Source: Emiliania huxleyi CCMP1516 (taxonomy: Eukaryota). Taken from it: DNA of 64,000 nucleotides. A program made the translations under genes and the position numbers. Below, in pieces: positions 34,212-45,836 of this stretch; within the stretch, counting starts at the first letter, position 1, and each line of letters begins with the position of its first letter. The notes beneath the pieces were generated by a model. It worked only from the letters and a program-made list of their open reading frames with translations. It had not been told where the DNA came from and did not search any database. The stretch covers positions 251,440 to 315,439 of the forward strand of contig NW_005201792.1 in NCBI RefSeq assembly GCF_000372725.1. The letters are read 5' to 3'.

Positions 34212-34258
<47 letters not shown>
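34212..34258. repeat. (GT)n microsatellite
   Basis: About 23 GT units. Confidence 0.98.
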
Positions 34259-34259
<1 letters not shown>

Positions 34260-34970
34260 CTCTATCTAGGTAGGCGCCAAAGAAAGGGCCTACTCGAGTA
34301 CGTACGCGCGGCGTGCATCCCCGTCTTCACGTTTTTCGCGCGAGTACCCTCCCCTTCCAAATTGTCGTGCCGTGGGCGAATATGAGCCTGGTCGTGAGCG
34401 CCGCGGGCCTGCTGCGGTTCCTCTCGCTCGCTCGGCTCACCAGCCAGGCACGCAGGCAGGCGGCGGCAAGGAAGACCGCAGCGGCGCCCGGCGGCCAGCT
34501 AGGGCGCGGCGGCGCGCCTCTGCCGCCCAATCCCCTCGCCTTCCTCCGCGGGATGCCGAGTGGCGAGGTGCGCCGGACGGATGCGCGCGCGGTACCACCT
34601 CCTCTACCGCGACGACTTCGAGGCGCCGTCCGTCCGCAGTCCACTCAATCGCGCGCGAGCTGACGGCGGCGTTCCGGGACGGATGAGAGAGGAGGGCTGT
34701 CGCCTGTGCGGGTAAAAGGGTGGGCCGAACCTACGACTGTGAGAATAGTCACGAACGAAAGAGTCAATCACGACACATGTGTGACTCGCCTAGTTAGTGT
34801 GGAGACGCCATGTACCGTAGGGCCTTGTTGTCCTAGCACGGGAGTACCCGTGTGGACCGGAGGTAACAGCAGCAGGTTAGAAAGGTGAAGAACAGTCAGG
34901 CTCGGAGTACTCGGGACCCGGTGTTTCTCCTTCGGAGCTCTGTCAAGCTCGCGCTGGCGCTTTGCACGCG

Positions 34971-36171
34971 AATGGCCGCTCCGCTCTCCGACGAAGCCGA
35001 CGACGAGTTCGAGGAGCGCAAGCAGGTCCAGAGGCGCCCCAAGGTGAGTAAAGGCGGCCGCTGCCAGCAAGACCCCGCTCTCGTCGCTCGCGTGTGTGCT
35101 CTCGCTTCGCCTCCGTCCTCCTGCTCCCTGGCGCAGATTGACGCGGCGCTGCACAGTGAGGGTGTGCGAGCCCTCACAGCCCCCGAGAACACTTCGCAAG
35201 CTCATTCGCGCCCCTCGGCGCAGGATTTCGCAACTCCAAAGGCACGGAGTGGCCCAACCGCTCCGACGGCATGGTGCTCCGCCGCATTCTCAGCACACAC
35301 AACATAGCTGTGCCTCCTGAGCAGAGAGCGAGTGCCCCGGCCAAGATGAGGCGGAGGAGTGACAAGCCGTCCACGGCGGGCAAGCGCGCCAGAGTGGATC
35401 CGGCTCCGCGGCAGAGTCAGCGCGCACAGCTCGCATTTGGCTTTGACGCCGACTTCCACGAGGCTGCTGCGCCGGCAGGCACTGCCGAGGCCGGCGAGGC
35501 GAGCCCTGCACCGGCACACGTCCATCCCGCGCCAGCCACACTCGACACGGACACCGAGACGGCGGCGGCCGGCGACGCGGCTCGCGAGACGGAGGAGGCA
35601 GGGCGGACGGGCGGCGGGGTGGCGATCAGGCGGCCGTCTGCCGAGGAGAGCGACAGCGGCAACCCCTTTGGGAGGTTTGAATTTGTGGCAGAGGCGGCTG
35701 CGGTGGGGATGGATGCGACGGGGCGAGAGGCAGTGCGGCCGGCGGAGCTGGTGGTGGTGGAGGAGGCGGCGGAGGAGGCGGCGGTGGAGGAGATGGTGGA
35801 GGAGGCGGTGGAGGAGGCGGTGGCGGAGGCGGTGGCGGAGACGGTGGCGGTGGCGGAGCCAGCGGCGGAAGAGGAGCCGGGCGGCGAGGCGGTAATGGTG
35901 GAGGCAGTGGGAGGGGTGGCGGTGCCTGAGGTGCTGGCGGCGGCGGCGGCTGCGGCGCCTGCCATCACGGCTGCAGTCGAGGGCGTGGCTGAGGGAGACG
36001 TCGCTGCGGCCGAGAGGGCGGCTGGGAGGAACGAGGCGGAGGAGGAGGTGGAGGAGGAGGAGGACGCTCAGGACTCGTCGCAACAGGATTCCCCCATCTC
36101 CCGCGCACGGCGCTCGGCAGCGGCGCCTCAGCTGCAACCGCCGCCGCCGCAACTGGCGCAGCCGCCGCGAT

Positions 36172-36248
<77 letters not shown>

Positions 36249-37339
36249 GCTCCCACCGCTGCCGCCGCAACGGCTGCCGCTTCCCCGCAGAGCGACGCCA
36301 CCTCGCCCTTTGAGCGGCTGATGCGCCCAGTCGGCCGCGGCCGCGGCGCGAGGCGCCGCTCGCTGCGCGCACCCCCGAGCGGGAGGAGAGCTCATCGAGA
36401 GGGGAGGGCGCGCCTTTTGCTGAATAGGCGGCGCTCCCAGGGCCGGGGCAGGGGGGCGGGGAGGCACGCCGGCGGCGCGGCGGCAGCGGCAAGACCGGTG
36501 CGGGCCGAGCGACTCCGCCCGCGCCTCTTCAGACGCACCCCGACACGCGGCTTCGCTCTCCCGCAGAGGCTTTCGCTCTCCTGCAGGCGCGGCGGCCTGC
36601 CTCTCCAACTTCGAGTGCGAGCGACGTGGCGCACGACGGAGGAGCGCACCCGGGCTCCGCCGCTCTCACCGCCGGGGGGTGCAGGGGTGGGAGTGCGAGC
36701 GCGCGGGGCTGCTCGTAGGCCGCTGCACGCTCTGCTCGCTGCCGTGGCACCGGAGCGGATCGCACCAGGCGAGAGAGACATCGCGCGCACACTCCACGCA
36801 CCGCCGCCCCCACGCACCGCCGCCCGCCAAACCGCCGCGCGCCCGATCGACGTGCTCTCGCCCTCACCCTCGGGGCTCGCAGGCGTGCACCCTGCCGTGC
36901 GGCCACCTGTTTGGGCTCTCGTGCATCGTGGCCGAGCTGCGGCGGCGCAGGGAGACGCCACGCGAGCGGAGGGAGAGGAGCGAGTGTCCCATCTGCCGGC
37001 AGGGGGCGGTGGAGCAGCAGGTGCGGCGGGTCTTTGTGACCGCCGAGGCGGGTAGCGACGAGCTGCAGCAGCGGCGACGGCGCGCATCCCACGCGAAGAT
37101 GCGCGAAGCGGCCACCTCCGATTGCGCGCTGAGCCTCTGTCGCTCCCCGGCCGCACAGGCGCGAGGAGCTAGACGCAGAGCTGCTGCGGGAGGAGGAGCT
37201 CCGCAGGCTGGCGGCAGAGCGTCGCGACAAGGCCGAGAGGCGGCTGGCGGAACTGCAGGCCGTCGCTGTCGCACAACCGGGGGCGACCGCAGGTGCGCTG
37301 AGCACACCGCCACCGGTCGCGGTCCTTGTCACCTCATGA
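34971..37339 (+). CDS. Acidic/polyproline protein with C-terminal RFWD3-like RING finger, multi-exon
   Basis: Spliced RCTLCSLPWHRSGSHQ|ACTLPCGHLFGLSCI..ECPICRQ..VRRVF, followed by a coiled-coil tail. A (CCG)n tract lies at 36176-36247. Confidence 0.7.
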
Positions 37340-37698
37340 GAGAGGATGGACACCTCTGAGAAGTTTTTGCTTGTGTTTGTTAAAGAGAAGACCACACAGC
37401 AGCGACTGACATACAACCCCGCCGCACGGCAATCACACAGAACCACACAGAGCCTCACGAGTGCACACAGCTCAGAGGACAGCGAGCTCAGTGCAACACC
37501 CGCGAGCTCGCACTCTACTCTCTAGAGAGACACTACTCACTAGAGAGAGAGAGAGAGAGACCGCTCACAAGACAGACCCGCCACTATGTACACTGAGAGG
37601 AGAAACGCTGCACGTTCACGTTGTTCGGGTGAGCAATATACAGAATAGCGCGAGTGCATGCTGTGCTGCTGCTACTAATGATGGTGCGATTCCATAAC

Positions 37699-39303
37699 CT
37701 ACTCATCAAGCGAGCAGCCCAGTGACGCCTCGATGGCGGCGTCCGGATGCTGCTGCTGTTGAAACACGTCATAGACGCCGAGGACAGAGCCAGTGCAGCC
37801 GATGGCGACCAACGCGATGGCGACGACCACATCCAAGGCGTTCTTGCGCAGCGTCGCCCCCCAGCCGCCGTTGGCTGACGCCCCCGGCGACTCGGCGCGC
37901 CCCATGCTCTCCAGCCCCGCGGCGACGGAGCGGTCGAGCGTGACCGCGACCGACGCGTTCGGGTTGAGCTTGAGGAAGAAGAGGCCGGGCAGAATAAAGC
38001 CCAGGAGGGAGAAGCCCACCGCGCCCGAGAGAGAGATCATCGCGTCCACCGCGGGGATGAGCACGCAGGCGATCGCGATCAGCGCCACCACCACGCCACG
38101 GAGAACAGGCCAAGCGGCCGAGTAGTCGCCACGCCCGAGAATGGCCGGCTCAATGACACCCCACACGGGGTTCATCTGCAGCGCGAAGGTGCAGCCGAGC
38201 ACCACGGCAAGCACGATTTGCGCGTTCGCCTTGGCCGGGCCCTCCGGGAACGACTTGAGGATGGTTCCCTCGACGCTGCTTCCGAAGGCGAGGTAGCCGA
38301 GGGCGCCGACGCAGACATAGATGACGACGCCGCACGAGTAGGCGCCGCCGACCACCCAGCGGAAGGCGCGGTCGGTGTACCGGCGCACGACGGTCGAGGA
38401 GGTGCCCGGCGGCGCATCCTCAGCCATCGACTCGCCAATGGATGCGTAGATGCTCATAGCGGTGCCCATGCCCTCAAACGCAAAGACGGCCGGGCCGAAC
38501 CAGGCGCCGAAGCCGCTCCAGGTGGCCATCGCGATTGGCTCGGCGGCGCCAGGGTGGCAGATCGGAGAGATGCCAGCGATGTCGCCGTTCTTTGCGGCGC
38601 ACTGCAGCTGGTCAGCCGTGAGCGATGCATTTGCAGCGGAGCAGTCCAGAGCCTCGGAAGAGTACGCGACGAGGAGCGCGATGATGTAGATGTAGGTGAT
38701 CAGCCCGACGAGGGAGAGGATGGCGACCGAGCTGAGCTTGCGGATCATCGACACCAGGGTGAGGAGAACCCACGTCACAGCGAGCGCGTGCAGGTGGCTC
38801 AGGGCGGCGTGCTGCATGATGGTCTCAACGATAAAGTCATAGTAAGCCGCGCTGAGGCCGAGCTGGGCGATGAGCAAGCTGCTGATGATGCTCACGACGC
38901 CGAGCCGGCCATACGCCGCCCGTCCAATACGTTCCCACACGCCAACCTCGTCGCCTCCGGAACCGCGCTCGCACACCTTGGCGTTGCAGCGCACCGCGAA
39001 AATGATGGCGGCAGACGTGCCATATCCCGCCAACGCTATGCCGACCACGGACGCGAGGAGTCCAAATTTAGAGGTCGCGTGTGGCAGGGTGAGGACGCCT
39101 GCCCCTACCATTGTCTTCAGCAGGTTGGCAAAGGCGCGGAACGTGCTACCCGTCCACACCGTCAGCGGAGCGCTCGGCAGCGGCTCCTTTGTTTTAGCGG
39201 CACTCTTGGAGTCTCGTGTCGTCGTGATAGCGGTGAGGGGCTCGGGCTCGGGCTCGGTCAGGGCGACCACCTCCATCACGACGGGCTCGGGAAAAGGCGA
39301 CAT
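37699..39303 (-). CDS. AAAP/SLC36-like amino-acid transporter, intronless
   Basis: AFANLLKTMVGAGVLTLP, FGPAVFAFEG, GALGYLAFG and ISLSGAVGFSLLGFILPG motifs; about 11 hydrophobic segments. Confidence 0.92.
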   Translation of the reverse strand: MSPFPEPVVMEVVALTEPEPEPLTAITTTRDSKSAAKTKEPLPSAPLTVWTGSTFRAFANLLKTMVGAGVLTLPHATSKFGLLASVVGIALAGYGTSAAIIFAVRCNAKVCERGSGGDEVGVWERIGRAAYGRLGVVSIISSLLIAQLGLSAAYYDFIVETIMQHAALSHLHALAVTWVLLTLVSMIRKLSSVAILSLVGLITYIYIIALLVAYSSEALDCSAANASLTADQLQCAAKNGDIAGISPICHPGAAEPIAMATWSGFGAWFGPAVFAFEGMGTAMSIYASIGESMAEDAPPGTSSTVVRRYTDRAFRWVVGGAYSCGVVIYVCVGALGYLAFGSSVEGTILKSFPEGPAKANAQIVLAVVLGCTFALQMNPVWGVIEPAILGRGDYSAAWPVLRGVVVALIAIACVLIPAVDAMISLSGAVGFSLLGFILPGLFFLKLNPNASVAVTLDRSVAAGLESMGRAESPGASANGGWGATLRKNALDVVVAIALVAIGCTGSVLGVYDVFQQQQHPDAAIEASLGCSLDE

Positions 39304-39427
39304 GGCAAAGAGGACTTGGAGATGGACAAGGGCGTGTATCACGTCCTTGGAAACAGCTTGGATATACCCCCTCCCGGCCCCAACAGGCGATACTTGGCTA
39401 TCGCACTGTTGACGCTAAGGCCGAGTA

Positions 39428-39477
39428 GCCGGTGTTCACAGAGCTCTGTGAACACCGGCGAGAGAATTTTTCTCTCG
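39428..39477. other. Perfect 32-bp palindrome with an adjacent 8-bp-stem hairpin
   Basis: GCCGGTGTTCACAGAGCTCTGTGAACACCGGC, then CGAGAGAA-TTT-TTCTCTCG. Confidence 0.95.
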
Positions 39478-40392
39478 ACGATTTCTGCGAAGACACGTTC
39501 AAAACACTCGGTCGGTGTCGAAACACCTCTCCGACGCGCTCGACTATAATCTCCTTGGAAACAGCTCCACCCCCTCCCGGGCTTTGAAAGGGTGTTCCCG
39601 ACGGCGCGGCGTTAGTGGCGTCGGATGCGCTTCACCTTCCAGATTCCGTATAGCTTGTTATTGATTACGCTCTGATCTGCTTCGTGTCGGCCTGCTCCTT
39701 CCTTTTCCTTTTCCATGTGAGCTGAGGGGCGGCCGGCGGACCGCAGCTGCAGGCAGATTTTATATACGCGTGGGAGAAGTTTGTTCGTTGAATCGTCGTT
39801 GTTACCCGAAGTCGGTGCCGAGCGCAGGCGGTGCCCACAGGTTGCTGACAGGTATTTTCCATGTATGCAATGGTTCGTTTACTAACTTTTATAACGACAA
39901 ACGGACGAGAGCACTTGGAGAAAGCCCGCATTTTTTTCCCGCGGGTCGCGCCGAGTTCATGCCGATCGCTCAACCCACATCCGATCATATGACATATCGC
40001 GCCCTCCGCGACCCCGCGTGCGGCGTGGGAACTCAGTCAGCGCTCAGCGTCAGCCCTCAGCGGACAGCGCATGCTCGAGCGTCGAGGCGCTTTGAAAATG
40101 GAAGATGTCTGAGATCTAACACTACCGAGCGCGAGAGGCCGAGAGCGCTCAAGGAGGCGCTGCACGCGCCGTGGCCTGAGCCACGGCGCCACGGCCCACG
40201 CGCCGCGCCGTGAATACTCGTTCGCGAGAGCCACAGTGTACAGCGCCCAGTGTGAGCCCCGAGCGGGTACGACGCGCGTGTCCTAGCCCCACCCATCTCC
40301 GCCACACTCGCCCACGCCGCCCCAGCCTCCTCCGCCACGACACCTCACTCTCCCAGCTCCCACTCCGCCCTAGGTGTATTTGCGCCGGCGGC

Positions 40393-41619
40393 TCAGACCT
40401 TCTTGGCCATGGAGGGCATCATGTCGTCGCGCTTCTCGCGCACAAAGGAGAAGGCGGAGAGCAGCCCGCTCTTCTGCTTGACGCCGCCGCCCTCCGAGTA
40501 GACCTCGTCCGCCAGGCCGGCCTGGCGGGGCGCCGGCGGCGGGGGGGAGCGGCTCAGAGTGCGACCGCAGTCACGCGGGACATGCCGCACCGCAGCGCGA
40601 CGGGCGAGGGGAGGGTCGCGGGCGGGTTCGGGGACGGGTACGGAGGCGAGCGGCCGAGAGGGTGGCTGGGCGGGGCGAGGCTCTAGTCTCCGCGCCTGCG
40701 TGTTTGGCAGCCGCGCCTCGTTGACCGAGAGGGAGATGAAGAAGCCAAACCTGCGCGGGCGCGCGGGCGGTGGGCGGTGCAATGCGGCATGGTTGGTGTG
40801 GTATGGTGCGGGTGGCGCTTGGTGTGCGGTGTGCTGCGCACGGGACAAGCCAGACGTTGAACAGGAAGAAGCAGAGGACGTGAGCTAGCTGGTGGTAGTG
40901 GGCGAGGAAGTGGGTGCCCCAGAGGTAGTGCGAGACGCCTGCGCACGGGCGAGTCCGCGAGGGCCAGGCCCGCTCAGTCGCGGTCGGCCGAGGGGCTACG
41001 GCGGAGCAGGTGCGGCGGAGCAGGTGGTGCGGTGGAGCAGGTGCGGCGGAGCAGGTGCGGCGGAGCAGGTGCGGCGGAGCAGGTGCGGAGCAGGTGCGGA
41101 GCAGGTGCGGCGGAGTAGGTGCGGAGGAGTAGGTGCGGCGGAGAGGTGCGGCGGAGCAGGTGCGGCGTAGCGGGCACCGAAGAGGCTGAGCGAGGTGAGG
41201 AAGGCTGGAGAGGCGATCCGGAGGAGCGGGTAGCTCTGGTGGAGCCAGAGGTAGGCGATGTGGTTGGCGAAGCCGGCAGCGAGCGCGACGTACGGCAGGT
41301 GCGGCTCGAGCGCGAGCAGCAAGATGTGGACTATCAAGACAGCGGCGATGGCACACGAGAGGAGGCGGCGCGTCAGGGCGTTGTACTCCTCCGCAAGCTC
41401 GGCGAGGTAGTAGAGGCCGCAGGCTGCGTGCGGAGAGCCGGGTAAAGGCGCTTGCCGCCCGATCCGCCACTACCAGCGGCGCTGTGCAAGGCAAGACTAG
41501 AGGCAGGCACTGAGCGGTGGCAGCGGACTGTACGGGATGCGCGCACCGAGACAGATCGCCACAAAGATGAGAAAGAGATAGCCGCTGACGTAGACGAGGC
41601 CAGTGAAGACGAGACCCAT
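40393..41619 (-). CDS. TEX261: TEX261/Svp26 (Erv26) ER-Golgi cargo adaptor, multi-exon
   Basis: GYLFLIFVAICL|ACGLYYLAELAEEY..VLCFFLFNVWLVP|FGFFISLSVNE..LP is the Erv26 family signature. Confidence 0.88.
41000..41168. repeat. Intronic minisatellite (GGAGCAGGTGCGGC)n
   Basis: About 12 degenerate 11-14-bp units. Confidence 0.9.
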
Positions 41620-42724
41620 GGCAAATTCGACGGCAGCGAAGTGTGCGAGGCAAGCAAGTGTGCGAGGCAAGCTGGCGTGGCGCCGCGCCACCTCACAACA
41701 GTCAAAAAAACCAGCTATTTTTCTTTTTGAAAACTAAGAAATCCGCCTACAGGCAGTGAGGAGTTTCAGCGAGTATGCTCACCAATATGGAGCCGAGCCT
41801 ACCTTCGAGGCGTGGTGCTACGTCATGGCCCGCCCTGGGTTCAAATACGACGCGGCGTTCATGATCTCGGCGCTGGTGGACAACCGAGCGGTCGTCGTCT
41901 ACCCGACGGGCAAGGGGGGGTTGAGGCTCCCATCGTCTACACGGCGGACCCGACCTCCTGCCGAGGAGCCCGCCAGCCGCCAGCCGCCACCTCGCCCTCG
42001 ACCGGGACTCGGAGCATGAGAGAGAGAGATTTTTAGATTTGTCGGAGCTTGTGTTGTTTGTTTTTGTTTGCATGTGGTGACGCTGCTGCAGCAGAACGGC
42101 ACCTGGGCCGACGAGCCAGCCCTGGCGCCGCGCCACCTCACAACAGTCAACAAGAAAAAAATCGTCTGCGTTTTATTTTTGACGTCCTCGCAGGAACCGG
42201 TCGAAGTTTTCTTTTTTATAATGCGTCTTCTCCTTTCGCCTGCGGAAACGACCAGGGACCCCATTAGAGAGAGATTTTTGAAGACCAACAAGAAATCACG
42301 ACTCTCACAGTGATTTGGGCTCGGCAGCTTGTTCGCCCTCAGCCGAAGCTGGGGCTCGGCAGCTTACTTCGGCGTCGCGTGCGACATTTTTTGCTGGTCG
42401 CGCGCCACCCCTTCTGCGCAGCAACACCTTAAACTTCATGGCCCTCCAAATTCGGGTCGGAGCGTAGGCCGTAGCGGAGTGGGCCCCGAGTTTGAAAAGG
42501 GCGACGGACGCTTGCGTCCTAGCCTCCAACAACGCCTCCCCGGCGCAGAGGGCCGCCCGGAGGGACGCTCAACCGCCCCAACCGCCCCACGCCACGTCGC
42601 TTGCGGCGGTACGCTCGCTTTGTTTAGTTTTTTTTTCTTTCCCCTTCACGTGGCATAAATTTTTTTGCTGGTGCAGCGCGAGCGGCGCGGCGTGCGCACG
42701 AGCGGCCACCATCGGGTGTGGGTA

Positions 42725-43637
42725 TATGCTCATCCTGCTCACGCACATGAGCGTGCTGCCAAAGCCGCTGCCGGCGAGCGGGCTCACCAAGGGAAGTACA
42801 GTTATCCCGACGATCGCAAGGCGAGACGGCGGCAACGTCGAGCAGATGCTTCGGAAGCGGGAGGAGATGCTGTCGGCAGGCCTCTACCCGGGAGTCGACT
42901 ATCTGATTGAGGACGTGTCGACACAGGGTGGTGGCGTCGTGGTGAGCGTGCGCCCGGCCTACGACCTGGTCAAGAAGCTGGAGCGCAGCGACTGGCCTGT
43001 GTCGGTGCCGTTCAGCCTCGCTCCCCGCTGGTACACGCCGCGAGCGTACAACACGCTAGTCGCCTCCTTCGCGGCACTCATCGCGGTCGGATGGCTGGCG
43101 GTCGGCGCGCTCCTCGCCTCCGCCCTCACGCTCTCGGTCGTGCCGAGCGACTCGATGCTGCCGGCGGTGCAGCGTCGCGACGTGCTTCTCGTCGACAAGG
43201 TGTCGCCGCGCCTCGGCTGGCGGCCCGAGTCCGGCGAGCTCGTCCTCTTCCGCCCGCCCGACGCGCTGCGGGAGATTGTCCGCCGCCAGTCCGCCGCTGC
43301 CGGCGGCGGCGAGGGGCGGGGAGAGGCCCTCTTCCTCAAGCGAATCGCGGCGCGCGGCGGCGACGCGGCCTCGCCGCCCGAGGTGGAGGTCTTCCCCGAC
43401 GGCGCGGCGACCATAGACGGGCGGCGCATCCGGAGCGCGGTGGCGGCAGACAGCCCCGTCGCGCGCTTCGTCGCGCCCACGCGCTTCTCCCTTGCTGACG
43501 ACGCTTACGTCGTCCTCGGAGACAACGAGGCGGTGAGTGTCGACTCGCGCTGCTGGGGCCCGCTGCGGCAGCGGGAGGTGGCCGGGAGGCCGCTGCTCAG
43601 GGTGCTGCCGCCCGGCCGGTTCGGCGTCGTGAAGTGA
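42725..43637 (+). CDS. Signal peptidase I (S26), thylakoid-processing-peptidase-like
   Basis: TM helix, then VPSDSMLP (catalytic Ser), DVLLVDKV, FLKRI (catalytic Lys) and VLGDNEAVSVDSRCWG. Confidence 0.9.
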
Positions 43638-43889
43638 GGGCCGGACGCGGCTTGGCCTACGTGCGGCTGGCGGGCAGCCTGCGGGTGGTAGCGGTGCTGT
43701 GCGCGGCAGCAGCGCCAGCAGTCGTGCCGTTTATTTTAGATTATATGAAATGCGATTGCTTGCACAAGAAGACATGAACGGACTCGACGTGAAAGACCGA
43801 AAAAGAATCGGCAAAACAAGAATCGCTTTTTTCCGCATTTTTTCGCGCATTTTACGTCCCGCCTCCGCGTCACTTGGGGCCGACCGTCA

Positions 43890-44702
43890 ATGCGCGTGGC
43901 AATCGCTGGCCTTGGCGCCGTCGGCCTGCCCGTCGCCAGGGAGCTGTTCCGTGGGAGCATCCCGGGGATGTCGCTTGCCGCCATGAGCGCGAGCACAGAG
44001 GCGAGTGCTCGCTCGAAAGCCGCGTTGGCCGGTCTCACCGACGTTGCTGTGCTCACTGCATCAGAGCTGGCTGCGCACGCAGATGTCGTGGTCGAGGCGC
44101 TGCCGCCGTCATTGTTCCTCGACGTTGCGCAGCCAACGCTGGCGGCGGGCAAGACGCTACTCGTCCTGAGCGTGACGCAGCTGCTTCTGGAGTACGAGGT
44201 GCTTCAAAAGCTAGCCGCCAGTTCAGGCGGCAGAATCCTCGTCCCGAGTGGTGCTCTCTGCGGCTTGGACGCAGTCAAGGCGGCCACAGAGGGTGGGAAT
44301 GTGACGTCGGTCGTGATGCAAACGCGCAAGCCACCCGCGTCGCTCGCAAATGCGCCGTTTGTGCGTGAGCAAGGGCTGAACCTGTCAGAGCTCGCTGAAC
44401 CGCAGCGCCTCTATGCTGGAAGCGTGAGCGACGCGGCCCAGCGATTCCCTGCCAACGTCAACGTCGCCGTCGCACTCTCCTTGGCGGGTATCGGACCGGA
44501 TCGCACGAAGTACGAGCTCTGGGCCGATCCGGGAGTCGAGCGGAACACGCACACCTTTGCGGTGAAGTCTGCAGAGAGCAACTTTGAGGTTCGAATTGCG
44601 GGCGTTCCAACTGAGAGCAACCCGGCTACGGGCGCGCTGACACCGCTCTCTGCCATGGCCACGCTCCGAGGGCTCGTCTCGACAGTGCGAGTGGGTACAT
44701 GA
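43890..44702 (+). CDS. nadX: L-aspartate dehydrogenase (NadX-like), intronless
   Basis: MRVAIAGLGAVG Rossmann start, DVVVEA, PSGALCGLDAV, TRKPP, FPANVNVAVALSLAG, ADP..NTH and NPAT motifs; 270 aa. Confidence 0.9.
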   Translation: MRVAIAGLGAVGLPVARELFRGSIPGMSLAAMSASTEASARSKAALAGLTDVAVLTASELAAHADVVVEALPPSLFLDVAQPTLAAGKTLLVLSVTQLLLEYEVLQKLAASSGGRILVPSGALCGLDAVKAATEGGNVTSVVMQTRKPPASLANAPFVREQGLNLSELAEPQRLYAGSVSDAAQRFPANVNVAVALSLAGIGPDRTKYELWADPGVERNTHTFAVKSAESNFEVRIAGVPTESNPATGALTPLSAMATLRGLVSTVRVGT

Positions 44703-45295
44703 TCGTGACGAGCGCCTCACCGGCCCCCCCCCGCGCGTACATTTTGCGAAACCAGCGGCTCGGCGCTGCACTGGAGCGTAGATGACGCCAAAAAAGGCAT
44801 GGCCACTAAGACTCTCCATCACTCCGACGCGCTCGATCATACACTCCCTCTCGGCGTCTCGCACTCAAGCAGGCTGAAGGATGGTCGCGCCCGCCCTACG
44901 GGCACAAAACGCCGCCGCCTTTCCGAAACCGGACCCTCGAGCAGGGATCAGATACGCCGCTCGCGCCACGAAGAGAAAGTCGTCGTCGGCCGTGCCATTC
45001 ATTCGAAGCAGCAGCTTCGCGTTTGGCAAGAGCTGGCGGAACGCGTCCGCGACACGGTTGACGTAGTCTCGCGAGTAGTTGGTTGGCCAGCGGCTGTGGA
45101 GGCGGTAGGCGGGGTTTCCCACAAGCACAACCTCTTCGTTCACATTCACGGCTGTACACTATATTAATTCGGCCGTCCGCGAGCCCCTAGCTCGCCGACG
45201 GCGAGAGAGATGCCACGAGGGGTCGCGGTGGCGTCCATCGCCAGGCTCCCTAGCTCAACCGACGACCCTCGTGCCTCGGGATCGACGGCCGATCG

Positions 45296-45570
45296 TCAGG
45301 CCGCCGCCTCCCTCGCCACCGCCTCCCTCGCCGCCGCCGCCCTCCCCACCGCCGCCGAGCCCTCCACCGCCCTCACCTCCGCCACCCTCACCTCCACCGC
45401 CGTCGCCGCCTCCGCCCTCGCCGCCACCGCCTTCACCGCCGCCGCCCTCGCCGCCGCCTCCCTCGCCCCCACCGCCCAGCCCGCCTCCGCCCTCGCCTCG
45501 CCGCCGCCTCCCTCGCCGCCACCGCCGTCGCCGCCGCCGCCCTCGCCGCCTCCCCCGTCGCCACCGCCGA
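45296..45570 (+). repeat. Orphan (SPPPP)n-coding repeat
   Basis: About 17 SPPPP units with a frame slip near 45495. No clear start or signal peptide. Confidence 0.75.
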
Positions 45571-45666
45571 AGGCAAGAGAGGTGTAAGACCCTGTTTGGG
45601 CCCGGGGTTGTGCGTTTCTGCCTGTTTTTGAGAAAATGAAGAAAAAGCACGCAGTTCACCTTCACA

Positions 45667-45836
45667 GTTCACAGCCTTTTGTTATGAGAAGAAAATACGG
45701 CCTGTGGCGCTACTGAGTATGCGCTGGTCTGCGAGAGGTTGAGGTGCGAGCCCTGGAGGCCCTGGGGATGGGGGGAGACTACCCGCGGGCCTAGAAGGCC
45801 CGCGCGCAGGGGGGTGGGGCATTGAGACCGGTCATG
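45667..45836 (+). repeat. Dispersed ~170-bp element, copy 2
   Basis: Reverse complement matches 5868-5985 and 59077-59237. It ends CATTGAGACCGGTCATG. Confidence 0.9.

Noticed and set aside
34698..34868. Possible solo LTR (TGT...TAACA)
   Set aside because: No target-site duplication for any candidate start and no second copy in the window.
44865..45149. Small minus-strand ORF with protein-like sequence
   Set aside because: No recognisable family and no clear start or exon structure, so it cannot be supported as a gene.
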